DNA of 62,237 nucleotides, from positions 1-62,237 of the IMG/VR virus record IMGVR_UViG_3300011336_000364. One strand, written 5' to 3'. The first letter of the stretch is position 1. Every line of letters starts with the position of its first letter. The notes under the pieces were generated by a model. That model ran no database searches. It had not been told where the DNA came from and worked only from the letters and a program-made list of their open reading frames with translations. The DNA is from a virus. Lineage: Duplodnaviria > Caudoviricetes. The translations under genes and the position numbers were made by a program. Positions 32,229 through 41,259 of the stretch are shown here, in pieces.

Positions 32229-32831
32229 TCACGGCACCCGCAGTTTACTCCGTGTGTGTCTTTTACTATTGTAAGCTCCCTCCCTTTTCATAAATTTGTA
32301 TATAGCTCTACTGTGCTTTTTAATCAGATGTATTCCTTCTATCTCACGTTCATCCATAAGGTTGACGGCAGAACTAAATACATTTGCTGCTTGTGCAGAA
32401 AAGCACAACTGCAGTAATGAGATGTCCCTACATGTAAACTCTATTGCCTTTTTAAAATCATCATTTAAATGCAATGCTGAAATTGTTAATCGTTTAAATC
32501 CATAGTTGTAATCACCTCCTTTATTTCTATTGAATAAATCAGTAGTCTCTCCTGAAACAATGACTTCTCGTTCTATCAAGTCAGAGTCCCAGCACCCATT
32601 CAGTAATCGTACTATTTGCTGTGCGTTGTAAGCTTTGTTTGCGTACGGTGACAGCACAGAGCATAACGAGATTACTACTGTGCGTTTGTTGTTGTGTGCT
32701 ATCTTCTTCCATGTGTCATATACAACATGGGCAGTCCAACTACTTTGTATATAAAACTTGTCATCATTCCATGACACCTCGTAAAAGATTGGACGCGAGG
32801 TTCTTGCTACCTCACTGTACTTAGTTACCAC
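32229..32831 (-). CDS. Hypothetical protein
   Basis: ORF in the - strand operon. Confidence 0.55.
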   Translation of the reverse strand: MVTKYSEVARTSRPIFYEVSWNDDKFYIQSSWTAHVVYDTWKKIAHNNKRTVVISLCSVLSPYANKAYNAQQIVRLLNGCWDSDLIEREVIVSGETTDLFNRNKGGDYNYGFKRLTISALHLNDDFKKAIEFTCRDISLLQLCFSAQAANVFSSAVNLMDEREIEGIHLIKKHSRAIYKFMKREGAYNSKRHTRSKLRVP

Positions 32832-33223
32832 CTTGGTGTAATTTTTTTATTGTGACGTTGTTGGCAGAACCCACACTTCCAAGGTGGAGTCCATTCACCA
32901 GACAGGAATGCGTCAACTACATCTATAACGAATGCTTTGTCAGTGCCATCCCATTCACGTGTGTTTTCTGTCTTGACTGTGCGCCATATAATTTGTCCAT
33001 CAACGTCATACAGTGGATCAATAGTACGAATCATTTCTGCGTATGCTGTTTCATTGTTCCAGTCATCAGGCATTTTGAATGACACAACTTTTAATTTAAA
33101 TTTAGGCCACGTCAATGTAACGATATGCCCGTATCCGATTGTAGGTTCAAGTAATTTCCAGCCACCTCGATAGTCACTTGTAATAGACATTGCATTAATA
33201 ATGCTTGCCAAATCTTCTAGCAT
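32825..33223 (-). CDS. Hypothetical protein
   Basis: AAGGAG RBS; downstream of promoter motif at 33300. Confidence 0.65.
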   Translation of the reverse strand: MLEDLASIINAMSITSDYRGGWKLLEPTIGYGHIVTLTWPKFKLKVVSFKMPDDWNNETAYAEMIRTIDPLYDVDGQIIWRTVKTENTREWDGTDKAFVIDVVDAFLSGEWTPPWKCGFCQQRHNKKITPRW

Positions 33224-33299
33224 AATTCTCCTTGTGTTAAAAACTTGTGGAGCCTGAAATGCAGCTCAGACTCCACAAGGTGTGGTTAGATCCCCGTAT

Positions 33300-33314
33300 A
33301 TTATACCGTAGGTA
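33300..33314 (-). promoter_or_regulatory. Phage promoter motif TACCTACGGTATAAT
   Basis: Exact motif with consensus -10 TATAAT; points into the replication module. Confidence 0.75.
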
Positions 33315-33316
33315 AT

Positions 33317-33814
33317 CTACTCACAAGTGCAGTTTGATTCCCAGTTCTTACACTCATCACAGGTTTCGGAACCCATGAGGTGATAGTCATCGTCTTCTAG
33401 TTCATCACCACTGCGCTGTACATGTTCATAGCCTTTAGCTCCAGCATATATATTGCCAGCAAAACACATACCGGGTTCAGCGTAACGACATGTAAACTCA
33501 AGATCGGGAAACATGTCAGACATAGTGTGTATCCATGTGTCTGCTGGACCCCACGCTGTATCGAAAGCAATGACAACGTGACCCTCTTTGTAGTCAAGGT
33601 AGGATGTATCACAAGCTCCCCATTTAGTACCCCAGTTGTCGTATTGCCAATTAACATTGCCGTGGCCATGCTCATCTAATTCTTGTGGCACAGATTTGTT
33701 GAAGTCTAGTACTGATGTGCTTGTTTCATACTTTGTAGTGTGTAACTCAGCCCAAGCAAACACCTTGTCTGCTGGGCCAGTGATCGTCAATTCGTTCATA
33801 CACCAATTAGGCAT
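33317..33814 (-). CDS. YubB/Api92-like ferredoxin-fold protein (DUF1281-like)
   Basis: MPNWCMNELTI...NWGTKW...FDTAWGP...YAEPGMCFAG. Confidence 0.8.
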   Translation of the reverse strand: MPNWCMNELTITGPADKVFAWAELHTTKYETSTSVLDFNKSVPQELDEHGHGNVNWQYDNWGTKWGACDTSYLDYKEGHVVIAFDTAWGPADTWIHTMSDMFPDLEFTCRYAEPGMCFAGNIYAGAKGYEHVQRSGDELEDDDYHLMGSETCDECKNWESNCTCE

Positions 33815-33825
33815 TGTGTTATTCC

Positions 33826-34152
33826 TTATCCGTAAACCAATTCACCAAAACATATTCCTTGAAGCAACGCGTCAATCACATCCTGATCAACCTGTTGCTC
33901 TTCTTCAAACGATCGATCACCTTGCATCCATGACTTTGTAAGATTATCAAGAACATCAAGTGGAGATATTGTATGTATCTCACCTTCGTCATCATGTATA
34001 TCTATGTGCCAAAGGTCAGGCTTGCTCACCCAAGCAGCATGCCATTTCCTAACCCATTCGCAATGGTGCAATGCTTCTGTAATTTGGTCGTACCAAAACT
34101 CGTTATCAATACTGCCTACTACCCACTTAATGTGTGTGTCACTTGCTTGCAT
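33826..34152 (-). CDS. Hypothetical early protein
   Basis: C-terminal DALLQGICFGELVYG motif recurrent in phage proteins. Confidence 0.65.
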   Translation of the reverse strand: MQASDTHIKWVVGSIDNEFWYDQITEALHHCEWVRKWHAAWVSKPDLWHIDIHDDEGEIHTISPLDVLDNLTKSWMQGDRSFEEEQQVDQDVIDALLQGICFGELVYG

Positions 34153-34435
34153 TACGTCGTACTTCCTTTACTGTTATGTCAATCCTGTCCCAGTTCGTGC
34201 CGTAGTTGGCATCAAATCCTTCGTGTAATTCTGTTACAACTTCTGGCCATTCATCTTCTCGCTCAATAATCTCAGCCATAATTAAGTCGTGTGATTGAAA
34301 CTCTTCTCTGTTGACTCCAACAACAAAGTCGTATGGTCCCCACACTTCAAGGTAAAACTCCGGGAATTCATCCCGGAGTTTACGCAGTGCTTTCTCAAAC
34401 GCTAAGTCTTTGATGTTCCATTCTTCTTCTGTCAT
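34139..34435 (-). CDS. Hypothetical early protein
   Basis: Coupled acidic ORF. Confidence 0.6.
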   Translation of the reverse strand: MTEEEWNIKDLAFEKALRKLRDEFPEFYLEVWGPYDFVVGVNREEFQSHDLIMAEIIEREDEWPEVVTELHEGFDANYGTNWDRIDITVKEVRRNASK

Positions 34436-34857
34436 TTATCTTCTCCCCATCCTGTTGGTTGATCAACACATGTATCTATATACAAATCATTCGAGCTAAA
34501 CATGTCATTCCATTCGTCATACGTACAGTCACCAATGTACTCAGACAATGCATCGTTGAACTCGTCAATGTTTGACTCGTGATAAACAGATGCGACTAAT
34601 GCACAAAACTTCTCAATTTCGTCATCAGTCGGTCGCTTGACTTTCATTGCTTCGGCAACTTCATCAATGAACTTAATGACTGCCTTGTCTGTGTACTGGA
34701 TACTTACATCAGAGAACAACAGTTTGCCCATACGGAACATGAACTCTGCGCCAATGGCCGGGGAGAGAACCTCCCCGTCATCTGTGTAGTGACAGTCACG
34801 AGCATAATCGTACTGATCGGTTGACCACTCTTCTTCTTCGCATATTGAATAAAACAT
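34432..34857 (-). CDS. Hypothetical early protein
   Basis: GAGGAG RBS; acidic. Confidence 0.6.
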   Translation of the reverse strand: MFYSICEEEEWSTDQYDYARDCHYTDDGEVLSPAIGAEFMFRMGKLLFSDVSIQYTDKAVIKFIDEVAEAMKVKRPTDDEIEKFCALVASVYHESNIDEFNDALSEYIGDCTYDEWNDMFSSNDLYIDTCVDQPTGWGEDK

Positions 34858-34890
34858 TACTAACTCCTCTATGTTTATTTGTTTGTTTAA

Positions 34891-35784
34891 TTAAACCCAC
34901 GCAGCTGCACTGCCGTGAGCACGGATGACAACATGACTGTCGCCATCACACTGTAGTGATGCAGGACAACTTACACAAGTTGTATGCATCGGAAGCATGT
35001 TGCGGAACGTACGCATCTCATTTATGAACGGGTCGCTAGGGCATTGCTTCATACCCTTACTGTATGCTACGTGCCGACGATTGACGTAGTCATGTTCAGG
35101 AAGAACAGTAAATGTACCCCAGCCAGCTCGCTCTGCATCTACTTGATCAAGGTAACTGTCACATGATGCTTGCAGTATGCCTTTGAATGGCTCTGCAATC
35201 TTGCTGCGCCATTGATGTGTATAACCACGATGACCAAGGCTATGCCGTAGTAAGTCACCCCATATAGGGAATGGCACGGCTACTGGGTCACCATATGAAC
35301 CAATGCGTGTCTGCTTACCAGCAACAACCTGTATTGACGCAGCAACATCACTAGACACAAGTGGAATATTGCCACGATGCCATGAGTCATAGATAGCAGC
35401 AACACCCTTGCCTATATTGACATAGCAAGTACGAACGATCTTCTCCTTGCCATTGACAATATGTTTCTTCCAGCCTTTCATATGTGGACATCTACCACAG
35501 ATGCAACGGTCAAGACCTGTGTCGATAGCATCTTGTGGATGAACATCACGCATGATGATGTAGGTCTGCAACATATCACCTGTCTTGATGTTGTAGTCCT
35601 CGTTGTTAGTCTGACAGTTAGACATAACAGCAATGATGTTATGCCTAGGGTCAAGCTGTGACCATCCTGTGTACATGCAGTATGAGTTGTACTTAGGCTT
35701 CATGTGTTTGCCATTGTGTACGTTGGTGAAAAGGGTTGGATTTGGATCCATCCCAAACTTGTTTAGATATTCTCTTGCTGTCAT
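34891..35784 (-). CDS. Cys-rich conserved phage protein, possibly Gp88/radical-SAM-like fold
   Basis: KTGDMLQTYI, CICGRCPH, CYV, RIGSYGDP, GYTHQWR, CVSC...C. Confidence 0.5.
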   Translation of the reverse strand: MTAREYLNKFGMDPNPTLFTNVHNGKHMKPKYNSYCMYTGWSQLDPRHNIIAVMSNCQTNNEDYNIKTGDMLQTYIIMRDVHPQDAIDTGLDRCICGRCPHMKGWKKHIVNGKEKIVRTCYVNIGKGVAAIYDSWHRGNIPLVSSDVAASIQVVAGKQTRIGSYGDPVAVPFPIWGDLLRHSLGHRGYTHQWRSKIAEPFKGILQASCDSYLDQVDAERAGWGTFTVLPEHDYVNRRHVAYSKGMKQCPSDPFINEMRTFRNMLPMHTTCVSCPASLQCDGDSHVVIRAHGSAAAWV

Positions 35785-36164
35785 TTTGTTACTCCATCAT
35801 TCCAAAACCAATACTTACTGTATTTGTTGTCGTCTCTATCAATAATTTCACATATGTAATGTGCCTCCTCTTCACTGATGCCAGCCCAGCCAATGTCTAT
35901 ATTGACTGTACTAAGATCATCGCATTCGCCCTCACATTTCTTGCCTACACAATCAAGTGCAAAGCCACACTCAATGCGAAACTTCCATGTGTCATACACA
36001 TCCTCATCATCATCAAGTACATCGATGCTGTATGTGCGATGTGCATTAACAGGACAGTCTTTCCACTCGCTGTTGTGCCACTGCAGTTCCCATATGTTTA
36101 CTGCAGTCTGCATAATTATTTCTGCAGCTGCATGGTAGTACTCATCTTTGTATCTTTTATTCAT
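35781..36164 (-). CDS. Hypothetical early protein
   Basis: Coupled ORF with GAGGAG RBS. Confidence 0.6.
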   Translation of the reverse strand: MNKRYKDEYYHAAAEIIMQTAVNIWELQWHNSEWKDCPVNAHRTYSIDVLDDDEDVYDTWKFRIECGFALDCVGKKCEGECDDLSTVNIDIGWAGISEEEAHYICEIIDRDDNKYSKYWFWNDGVTK

Positions 36165-36567
36165 AATGACTCCTCGTTGTGTTTTGATTCTGTCCCGGCA
36201 TTGATTCTATTATCATGTAGTATGTTGATGGTCCGTCATATCCGTTATCATCAACATCTTCACCACGTTGATCAGCGCGGTGCATGTGACGTAAACAATC
36301 ATTACCATCAGCTTTCTTTGCTGCTTCTGTTAGTTCTTCGCAGTGATCACGCAATTTTTCCATCAGCATTTCTGCTTGCGCATATGATGAACACTTGCAA
36401 TATTTCTGGAGTAGCTGTAAGTACCCCCACCATCCTCCTTCCTCTGGTCCACCGTAATACGAAACGTTTTCATAAAGAGAAAGGTAGCACTCTTGTACTA
36501 CCTCGCTGTCTTCTATGATCTCATTCCATGCTTGTAGAAAGATACTCTCATCACTCATCGTCATCAT
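36157..36567 (-). CDS. Hypothetical early protein
   Basis: YGGPEEGGWW motif recurrent in phage proteins. Confidence 0.65.
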   Translation of the reverse strand: MMTMSDESIFLQAWNEIIEDSEVVQECYLSLYENVSYYGGPEEGGWWGYLQLLQKYCKCSSYAQAEMLMEKLRDHCEELTEAAKKADGNDCLRHMHRADQRGEDVDDNGYDGPSTYYMIIESMPGQNQNTTRSHYE

Positions 36568-36949
36568 CCTCTCTAGGTTCTATGTGTATTGGCTTGCCAA
36601 ACTTTACTGGCATGACTCTATTGCCATGACATTTGTAGCAAGACACGTCATACACACCACTGAAGTAATCTTCTGCATATCCATCGTCGTATAAGTCCTC
36701 ATACGTTAGACCATTGCAATCGACAGAAGGATTAACATGATGGCCTTTACCATCACACGTGTCGCACGTCTCATACTTAAACTTATACCAAACTTGTAGA
36801 TCATCTTCAGTGTCATACTTGTGCCTCACGATCATCTTGCGTTCATTGATGTCTATCCACCAACGATCCTGACCACCGCGTACACGGTGGTCATTCTGAT
36901 AGTTGCGATCCTCCAAACTAAACCATTCACTCATTAGGTTTTTCTCCAA
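36551..36949 (-). CDS. DnaJ-type zinc-finger-like phage protein
   Basis: CDTCDGKG and CYKCHGNRV motifs. Confidence 0.6.
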   Translation of the reverse strand: MEKNLMSEWFSLEDRNYQNDHRVRGGQDRWWIDINERKMIVRHKYDTEDDLQVWYKFKYETCDTCDGKGHHVNPSVDCNGLTYEDLYDDGYAEDYFSGVYDVSCYKCHGNRVMPVKFGKPIHIEPREDDDDE

Positions 36950-37175
36950 AGTATTTAAATAGAATCACTCCACCGGTAATGATTAACCCTATTGAAAGAG
37001 TTACCAGTACAGTCTGTTTGTTGTAAGTCAGTACACCTATTAATCCACTTGTACCGATTGCAACAGTAGAGAAAATTGTTATTACAATAAATGCAATAAC
37101 AGGTGCTAAACAACACCCACATCCTATTAACACTGGGCTTGCTATGATTAACCCAGCCCCTTCGACAGCTTTCAT
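36927..37175 (-). CDS. Small membrane protein
   Basis: Highly hydrophobic coupled ORF. Confidence 0.5.
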   Translation of the reverse strand: MKAVEGAGLIIASPVLIGCGCCLAPVIAFIVITIFSTVAIGTSGLIGVLTYNKQTVLVTLSIGLIITGGVILFKYFGEKPNE

Positions 37176-37492
37176 TATTGTTTTAACTCCATAAACTCAC
37201 ATACTGATAGTGCTTGTGCTTTAGACACAACAGTTACAGGTGCAAGCACTTCAGCAAAGCCGATCACGCAATGTCGTTCACTAAACATTGAGAATCGTGT
37301 GTCATCGCAGTGCCATTCAACACCTCGCCGTAATCCCTTACATCCAATCTCTGTTGCAAGCTTGCGCCTAATCTTGATGATGCATGGGTTGCCATAGTGT
37401 GGCTCTATGTATGTGCAAACTAGATCGTTCGGGGTGTTATCCCCGAACGTATTCCAAAACGTATATTTGATAGGTCTAAATTCAAAACTCAT
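37175..37492 (-). CDS. Hypothetical early protein
   Basis: Coupled ORF. Confidence 0.55.
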   Translation of the reverse strand: MSFEFRPIKYTFWNTFGDNTPNDLVCTYIEPHYGNPCIIKIRRKLATEIGCKGLRRGVEWHCDDTRFSMFSERHCVIGFAEVLAPVTVVSKAQALSVCEFMELKQ

Positions 37493-37731
37493 TTTGTTTT
37501 CTCTGTTATTGTGATTGTGACAACATCATCTTCCCATTCAATGAGTGAGTCATCGCATTCAAGGCAGTACTTGGCTCGCTTGTCACTTTTGACCCAAGCT
37601 TTTAGGATTCCAAGGAAGTACTTCTTGTCTTGCTTGGATGCATTCTTCATACGGTAGAAGTGTCGTGCCCAGCGTAACATGCCGGGTGCATTGAACATTG
37701 GTACTGATACTAAAGCGATTCGTGTGTCCAT
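37489..37731 (-). CDS. Hypothetical early protein
   Basis: Start reassigned to ATG 37731 (TAATG coupling, GGAG RBS). Confidence 0.55.
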   Translation of the reverse strand: MDTRIALVSVPMFNAPGMLRWARHFYRMKNASKQDKKYFLGILKAWVKSDKRAKYCLECDDSLIEWEDDVVTITITEKTK

Positions 37732-37970
37732 TAGATTTTGTCTCCATTCATGTGATGATCGATAAGTGATTGTTGATATCCATATAGCCATGTCATAGCT
37801 TCTTTGAATCCACAGGCTTGACATCGTGGCTCGCAAGCAAAGTAATCCTGATACAAACCCTTACGTGCAAACTTGTATCGTGTGATGCCATCACCGGGGC
37901 TGTATGTGAATACATCGAGGTTGCAATGCTTGAGTACTGCATTCATGTGTTCTTTATCTCGTTTTGTCAT
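37731..37970 (-). CDS. Hypothetical early protein
   Basis: AAAGG-TAACACA-ATG start; TYSPGDGITRY motif. Confidence 0.6.
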   Translation of the reverse strand: MTKRDKEHMNAVLKHCNLDVFTYSPGDGITRYKFARKGLYQDYFACEPRCQACGFKEAMTWLYGYQQSLIDHHMNGDKI

Positions 37971-37994
37971 TGTGTTACCTTTGTGTTGTGTAGT

Positions 37995-38024
37995 GTGCGT
38001 TGTTAGTGAGACGCACCCCTCACT
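37995..38024 (-). ncRNA. Putative H-type pseudoknot, copy 1
   Basis: GTGAG-GG-GTGCGT-CTCAC-TAACA-ACGCAC; repeated at 38543-38571. Confidence 0.55.
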
Positions 38025-38030
38025 TACCGA

Positions 38031-38525
38031 TTACTTGATAAGAGTTATCAAGTCTGAGTTATCACGAGCAGCAGCTGCCTTGATATTGTCAAGCTTCTTC
38101 ATTGCTTTGGTGACCTGCGTCCAGAAATCGAAATCAATCTCAGGCATAGGCACCTTGTCAATGACTAATCTTAATCCCTCAATCGCTTGATTGATTTGAT
38201 CATCAAGTGTTGTTGCCGTGATGGCAATACCGAACTCAGATTCCTTCATTGCATTTGGGTGATACCACTGATCATTGCCTTGATCGTAGGCAGAGTATGT
38301 GACTGTAACTATAGCAGTAGGTACAGGCAAGGCTACTAATGCAGAGGTAGCAATGTCCATTCGTAGAACATACTTCATTCTCAACCTATGACCGTTGATA
38401 GTCATATCAGTTTCGTATGATGTAGTTTGAAACTCTTCATAAGAAGTAAGTGTGCCAGCGCTGAGGCGCTCGCCAGACTTCTTGGTGTTCTCAACGAAAT
38501 GGCTTGTGTAAAGTGTTACGGACAT
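38031..38525 (-). CDS. Hypothetical early protein
   Basis: ORF flanked by the two pseudoknot copies. Confidence 0.6.
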   Translation of the reverse strand: MSVTLYTSHFVENTKKSGERLSAGTLTSYEEFQTTSYETDMTINGHRLRMKYVLRMDIATSALVALPVPTAIVTVTYSAYDQGNDQWYHPNAMKESEFGIAITATTLDDQINQAIEGLRLVIDKVPMPEIDFDFWTQVTKAMKKLDNIKAAAARDNSDLITLIK

Positions 38526-38542
38526 GATTGTGTTTCTTTTCT

Positions 38543-38571
38543 ATGCGTTGTTGGTGAGACGCACCCCTCAC
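38543..38571 (-). ncRNA. Putative H-type pseudoknot, copy 2
   Basis: GTGAG-GG-GTGCGT-CTCAC-CAACA-ACGCAT. Confidence 0.55.
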
Positions 38572-38579
38572 ATCAAACA

Positions 38580-38834
38580 TTAGATAGCGATGTAGCAGTA
38601 ATTAAAGTCTGTTACTTGACCTTTAGTCTTGATTAAGTTCTTGACATCTGCATATTGTGATTCATCTAGCAACTCAAGGATCTCATTAATAATAATTAAC
38701 GTGTAGTTTTGATCGTTGCGTAAATCCTCATAACGTTTATCAATCTTGTCATGTTGACCTTGTGTTATAAGATTGTTGTTGAATAGTGAATCGAGTAACA
38801 TCTCGCCACTAATAACCTCAAATGGAAATCTCAT
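38580..38834 (-). CDS. Hypothetical early protein
   Basis: Coupled ORF. Confidence 0.55.
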   Translation of the reverse strand: MRFPFEVISGEMLLDSLFNNNLITQGQHDKIDKRYEDLRNDQNYTLIIINEILELLDESQYADVKNLIKTKGQVTDFNYCYIAI

Positions 38835-39103
38835 TTAATTAAATCTTCCTTTCGCTTGGACACTTTAGGTTGTCCAGTTGTGTTGTCAAACCACACGAGC
38901 ATGAATGGCTCATCGGTATATGTGCCATTCTTTCTACGTGTTATCCGCACATGAAGTACAGGTACGGAATTCTCTTGAATAATAACTCTGTAACGAGCCA
39001 TCATTCGTGCCGATGCTGCATCGCGCCAAAGAGAAGGAGGGCCGAATTCTCGACCCTCCATGTCATAGCACTGCGTAGTATAAGAATATGGATAGTTACC
39101 CAT
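38831..39103 (-). CDS. Hypothetical early protein
   Basis: Coupled ORF. Confidence 0.55.
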   Translation of the reverse strand: MGNYPYSYTTQCYDMEGREFGPPSLWRDAASARMMARYRVIIQENSVPVLHVRITRRKNGTYTDEPFMLVWFDNTTGQPKVSKRKEDLIK

Positions 39104-39428
39104 TATCTGTCTCTACTTCCTCCCATCCTGCTGGTGTTGGTCTAGGCATCGGTGTGATTGCCGACATCCATTTGTTGAATGATTCTTTCTCAAACATATT
39201 TGGTTCTTCACCAAGCCAGTCATTGAATCCCTGTGAGTTCCTAGTGTCATGAGGGACATGAGCACCAGCAAACCTGAGTAACTCAACCAGATTAGCTTGC
39301 GCAATATGGTCTAGCTTGTCTTCAAAGCCGGGCTTAAGCATGATCATTGCGGCAATGCCACCACCCGGATGGATGTGAAGGTAAGCAAAGCGCAGGATGA
39401 TTGTCCTGTAGTGTGTAAGATCAGTCAT
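39096..39428 (-). CDS. Hypothetical early protein
   Basis: Start reassigned to ATG 39428 after GAGG RBS. Confidence 0.55.
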   Translation of the reverse strand: MTDLTHYRTIILRFAYLHIHPGGGIAAMIMLKPGFEDKLDHIAQANLVELLRFAGAHVPHDTRNSQGFNDWLGEEPNMFEKESFNKWMSAITPMPRPTPAGWEEVETDNG

Positions 39429-39795
39429 TATTTTTATCCTCTCCAAACGTTTTACGTACAAAATATTTAAATTGTACTAACCACAACTCAAGTGCATTGG
39501 AATCACTTGGGAATACATATCGTGTATCAAGATTAGCTCCATGTATACAGACTTCCCCTTGATTACCTCTAAGGTTTACGTCAATAAATAACAAGTAAGC
39601 TTGATACGGTTCAATTGTTTCAAGCTCTACCTTGCATGTCTGTGTCAGTGTCAAAGCATTATTAGGTTTATCAAAAGACCTTGCTGAACTTGAAATGCCC
39701 ATTCTTGTAAATGCATGTGTGTAACCGCTTCTCATGTGTGCGTATGCAGTTGCAGCCGCTAACTGCGGTGCAATGTAATAATCATTCAGAATCAT
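39421..39795 (-). CDS. Hypothetical early protein
   Basis: Coupled ORF. Confidence 0.55.
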   Translation of the reverse strand: MILNDYYIAPQLAAATAYAHMRSGYTHAFTRMGISSSARSFDKPNNALTLTQTCKVELETIEPYQAYLLFIDVNLRGNQGEVCIHGANLDTRYVFPSDSNALELWLVQFKYFVRKTFGEDKNND

Positions 39796-39892
39796 TATCT
39801 ATTTCCCTTTGTGCTACTTCGATTGCATGAAAGAACCACGCAATCAAAAATATGAGTGATGCTAAAACTACGCAGATGCAGAAGATAATCAT
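39782..39892 (-). CDS. 36-aa membrane microprotein
   Basis: MIIFCICVVLASLIFLIAWFFHAIEVAQREIDNDSE; fills the gap with ATGA coupling; below the ORF-track cutoff. Confidence 0.5.
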   Translation of the reverse strand: MIIFCICVVLASLIFLIAWFFHAIEVAQREIDNDSE

Positions 39893-40203
39893 CGTGTTCG
39901 TCTTTTCTTTCTGTTGTATGCAGCGATTCGTGCGCCGACTCCGCCTTCATCACCACTGCGTTTATAACTTTCAAACGCTTCGTGTACTTCTGTTCCAGTC
40001 TTCATGAGGTCTATTGGTAATTCGTCCAACACGCCTCCTTTCCAATTGCCATTGGATAACTTGGTCAATCGTGGGTATCTGACCAGTACACGGTGGTCCT
40101 GTGGTCTTGTAGCCCACTTATTGTTTGGTGCGTCGAGTGATGTGACAACCCCGATAACATCGGGGCGTCGTACGTTCCTGACACGTTGTCCTACTTCAAG
40201 CAT
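39889..40203 (-). CDS. Hypothetical SH3-like early protein
   Basis: LEVGQRVRNV...IGVV...VLVRY pattern. Confidence 0.55.
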   Translation of the reverse strand: MLEVGQRVRNVRRPDVIGVVTSLDAPNNKWATRPQDHRVLVRYPRLTKLSNGNWKGGVLDELPIDLMKTGTEVHEAFESYKRSGDEGGVGARIAAYNRKKRRTR

Positions 40204-40429
40204 TTTGCATCTCCCTCAATTGATTAACGAGCATACCAACTGGATTTTGCATGTACTCTACGCACTCTGTGCCAAGCTTGATGATAAGGTCCTCATTAAG
40301 CTTGTTGAGTCCATGCATAGAAATCTGCATGTACTGCTCTCTTGAATACTGTGGCCATAGTTCAATGGTTGTGTCGTATTTCCACTCGCAGTAAACGCGT
40401 AATGCTTCAAGGGCTTGTTCTCTTGTCAT
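40196..40429 (-). CDS. Hypothetical early protein
   Basis: AAGGA-CAACACA-ATG start. Confidence 0.6.
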   Translation of the reverse strand: MTREQALEALRVYCEWKYDTTIELWPQYSREQYMQISMHGLNKLNEDLIIKLGTECVEYMQNPVGMLVNQLREMQNA

Positions 40430-40479
40430 TGTGTTGTCCTTCCAATCATATGTTCATATATGATTGTTATTCAATATAT

Positions 40480-40548
40480 GAGGGGGGTAGAATCTGACCC
40501 CTCCCCCCTAGTAAAAATTGGAGGGGTATAAAATTTGACCCCTCCCCT
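40480..40548. repeat. Two palindromic iteron-like repeats GGGGT-N8/10-ACCCCTCCCC
   Basis: Intergenic; next to an AT-rich inverted repeat at 40443-40466. Confidence 0.55.
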
Positions 40549-40551
40549 TAC

Positions 40552-41037
40552 TCAGTCTTTTACAAGCTTGAGAAAGTTGTTTCGGCTCACGTCATAGACG
40601 TTACCGTTCATGTGATAGAACCGTACGTTCTGATCATCTTTAAGGCACTGGACCTTAGTCCTCCGTATTGTGCACTCGTCTTGTGTCTCTTCTTTGTATG
40701 AGTCTGCAATCTCCATGGCATCATCAAGGTTATCAAAGAACAGCACGTATGTTTCATCATCATCTGATTGATGGACAACGAACGTACCTTCATTGTGCTC
40801 TCTGTGTTCACCCCAATCAGTGATGCCTCCACCCTCAGTAAAGAGTGCATATACCTCTGATGGGAATGAGATGTCGTGGAACTCTGTGTCTCGCCGTGAG
40901 CGTTCCATAGCCTCATCAAATGCCTTGTCAATCTCAGCGACTGTGCTCATTAGCATCTTGTGTTCGGATGGATTGAACACCCTCATAAGCATGAGTTTGA
41001 AGTTCATACTCCAAATCGATAGATAGTATTTAACCAT
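40552..41037 (-). CDS. Hypothetical early protein
   Basis: Start reassigned to ATG 41037 (AAACACAATG). Confidence 0.55.
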   Translation of the reverse strand: MVKYYLSIWSMNFKLMLMRVFNPSEHKMLMSTVAEIDKAFDEAMERSRRDTEFHDISFPSEVYALFTEGGGITDWGEHREHNEGTFVVHQSDDDETYVLFFDNLDDAMEIADSYKEETQDECTIRRTKVQCLKDDQNVRFYHMNGNVYDVSRNNFLKLVKD

Positions 41038-41257
41038 TGTGTTTCTTCTTAGCCTTTCGTATGTATGTTGCCACCTGATCAAAGTCAAGATAGCCAGTCA
41101 CGCTTTTGTCATCGACTCCATCTGTTGGTGAGAGAAGAGCGCATTCAAACAACAGTTCTCTGTAGCCGATGCTGACGTGGTCTTTGCAGATGATCGATAT
41201 TACCCATCCATCATCTAAGTCAATCTTGCGGTGATACCAAGTTTCCTTGTCTTTCAT
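41030..41257 (-). CDS. Hypothetical early protein
   Basis: GWVISII...LFECALL...VTGYL motif recurrent in phage proteins. Confidence 0.6.
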   Translation of the reverse strand: MKDKETWYHRKIDLDDGWVISIICKDHVSIGYRELLFECALLSPTDGVDDKSVTGYLDFDQVATYIRKAKKKHNG

Positions 41258-41259
41258 TG

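Noticed and set aside
32121-32280. Possible small membrane ORF (…CGCRDC…IVLWVVIVCVSLLLK) on the - strand
   Set aside because: Looks coding-like but has no canonical start codon after the upstream in-frame stop
35736-36518. 260-aa + strand ORF
   Set aside because: Antisense shadow of well-coupled - strand genes; no RBS or motifs
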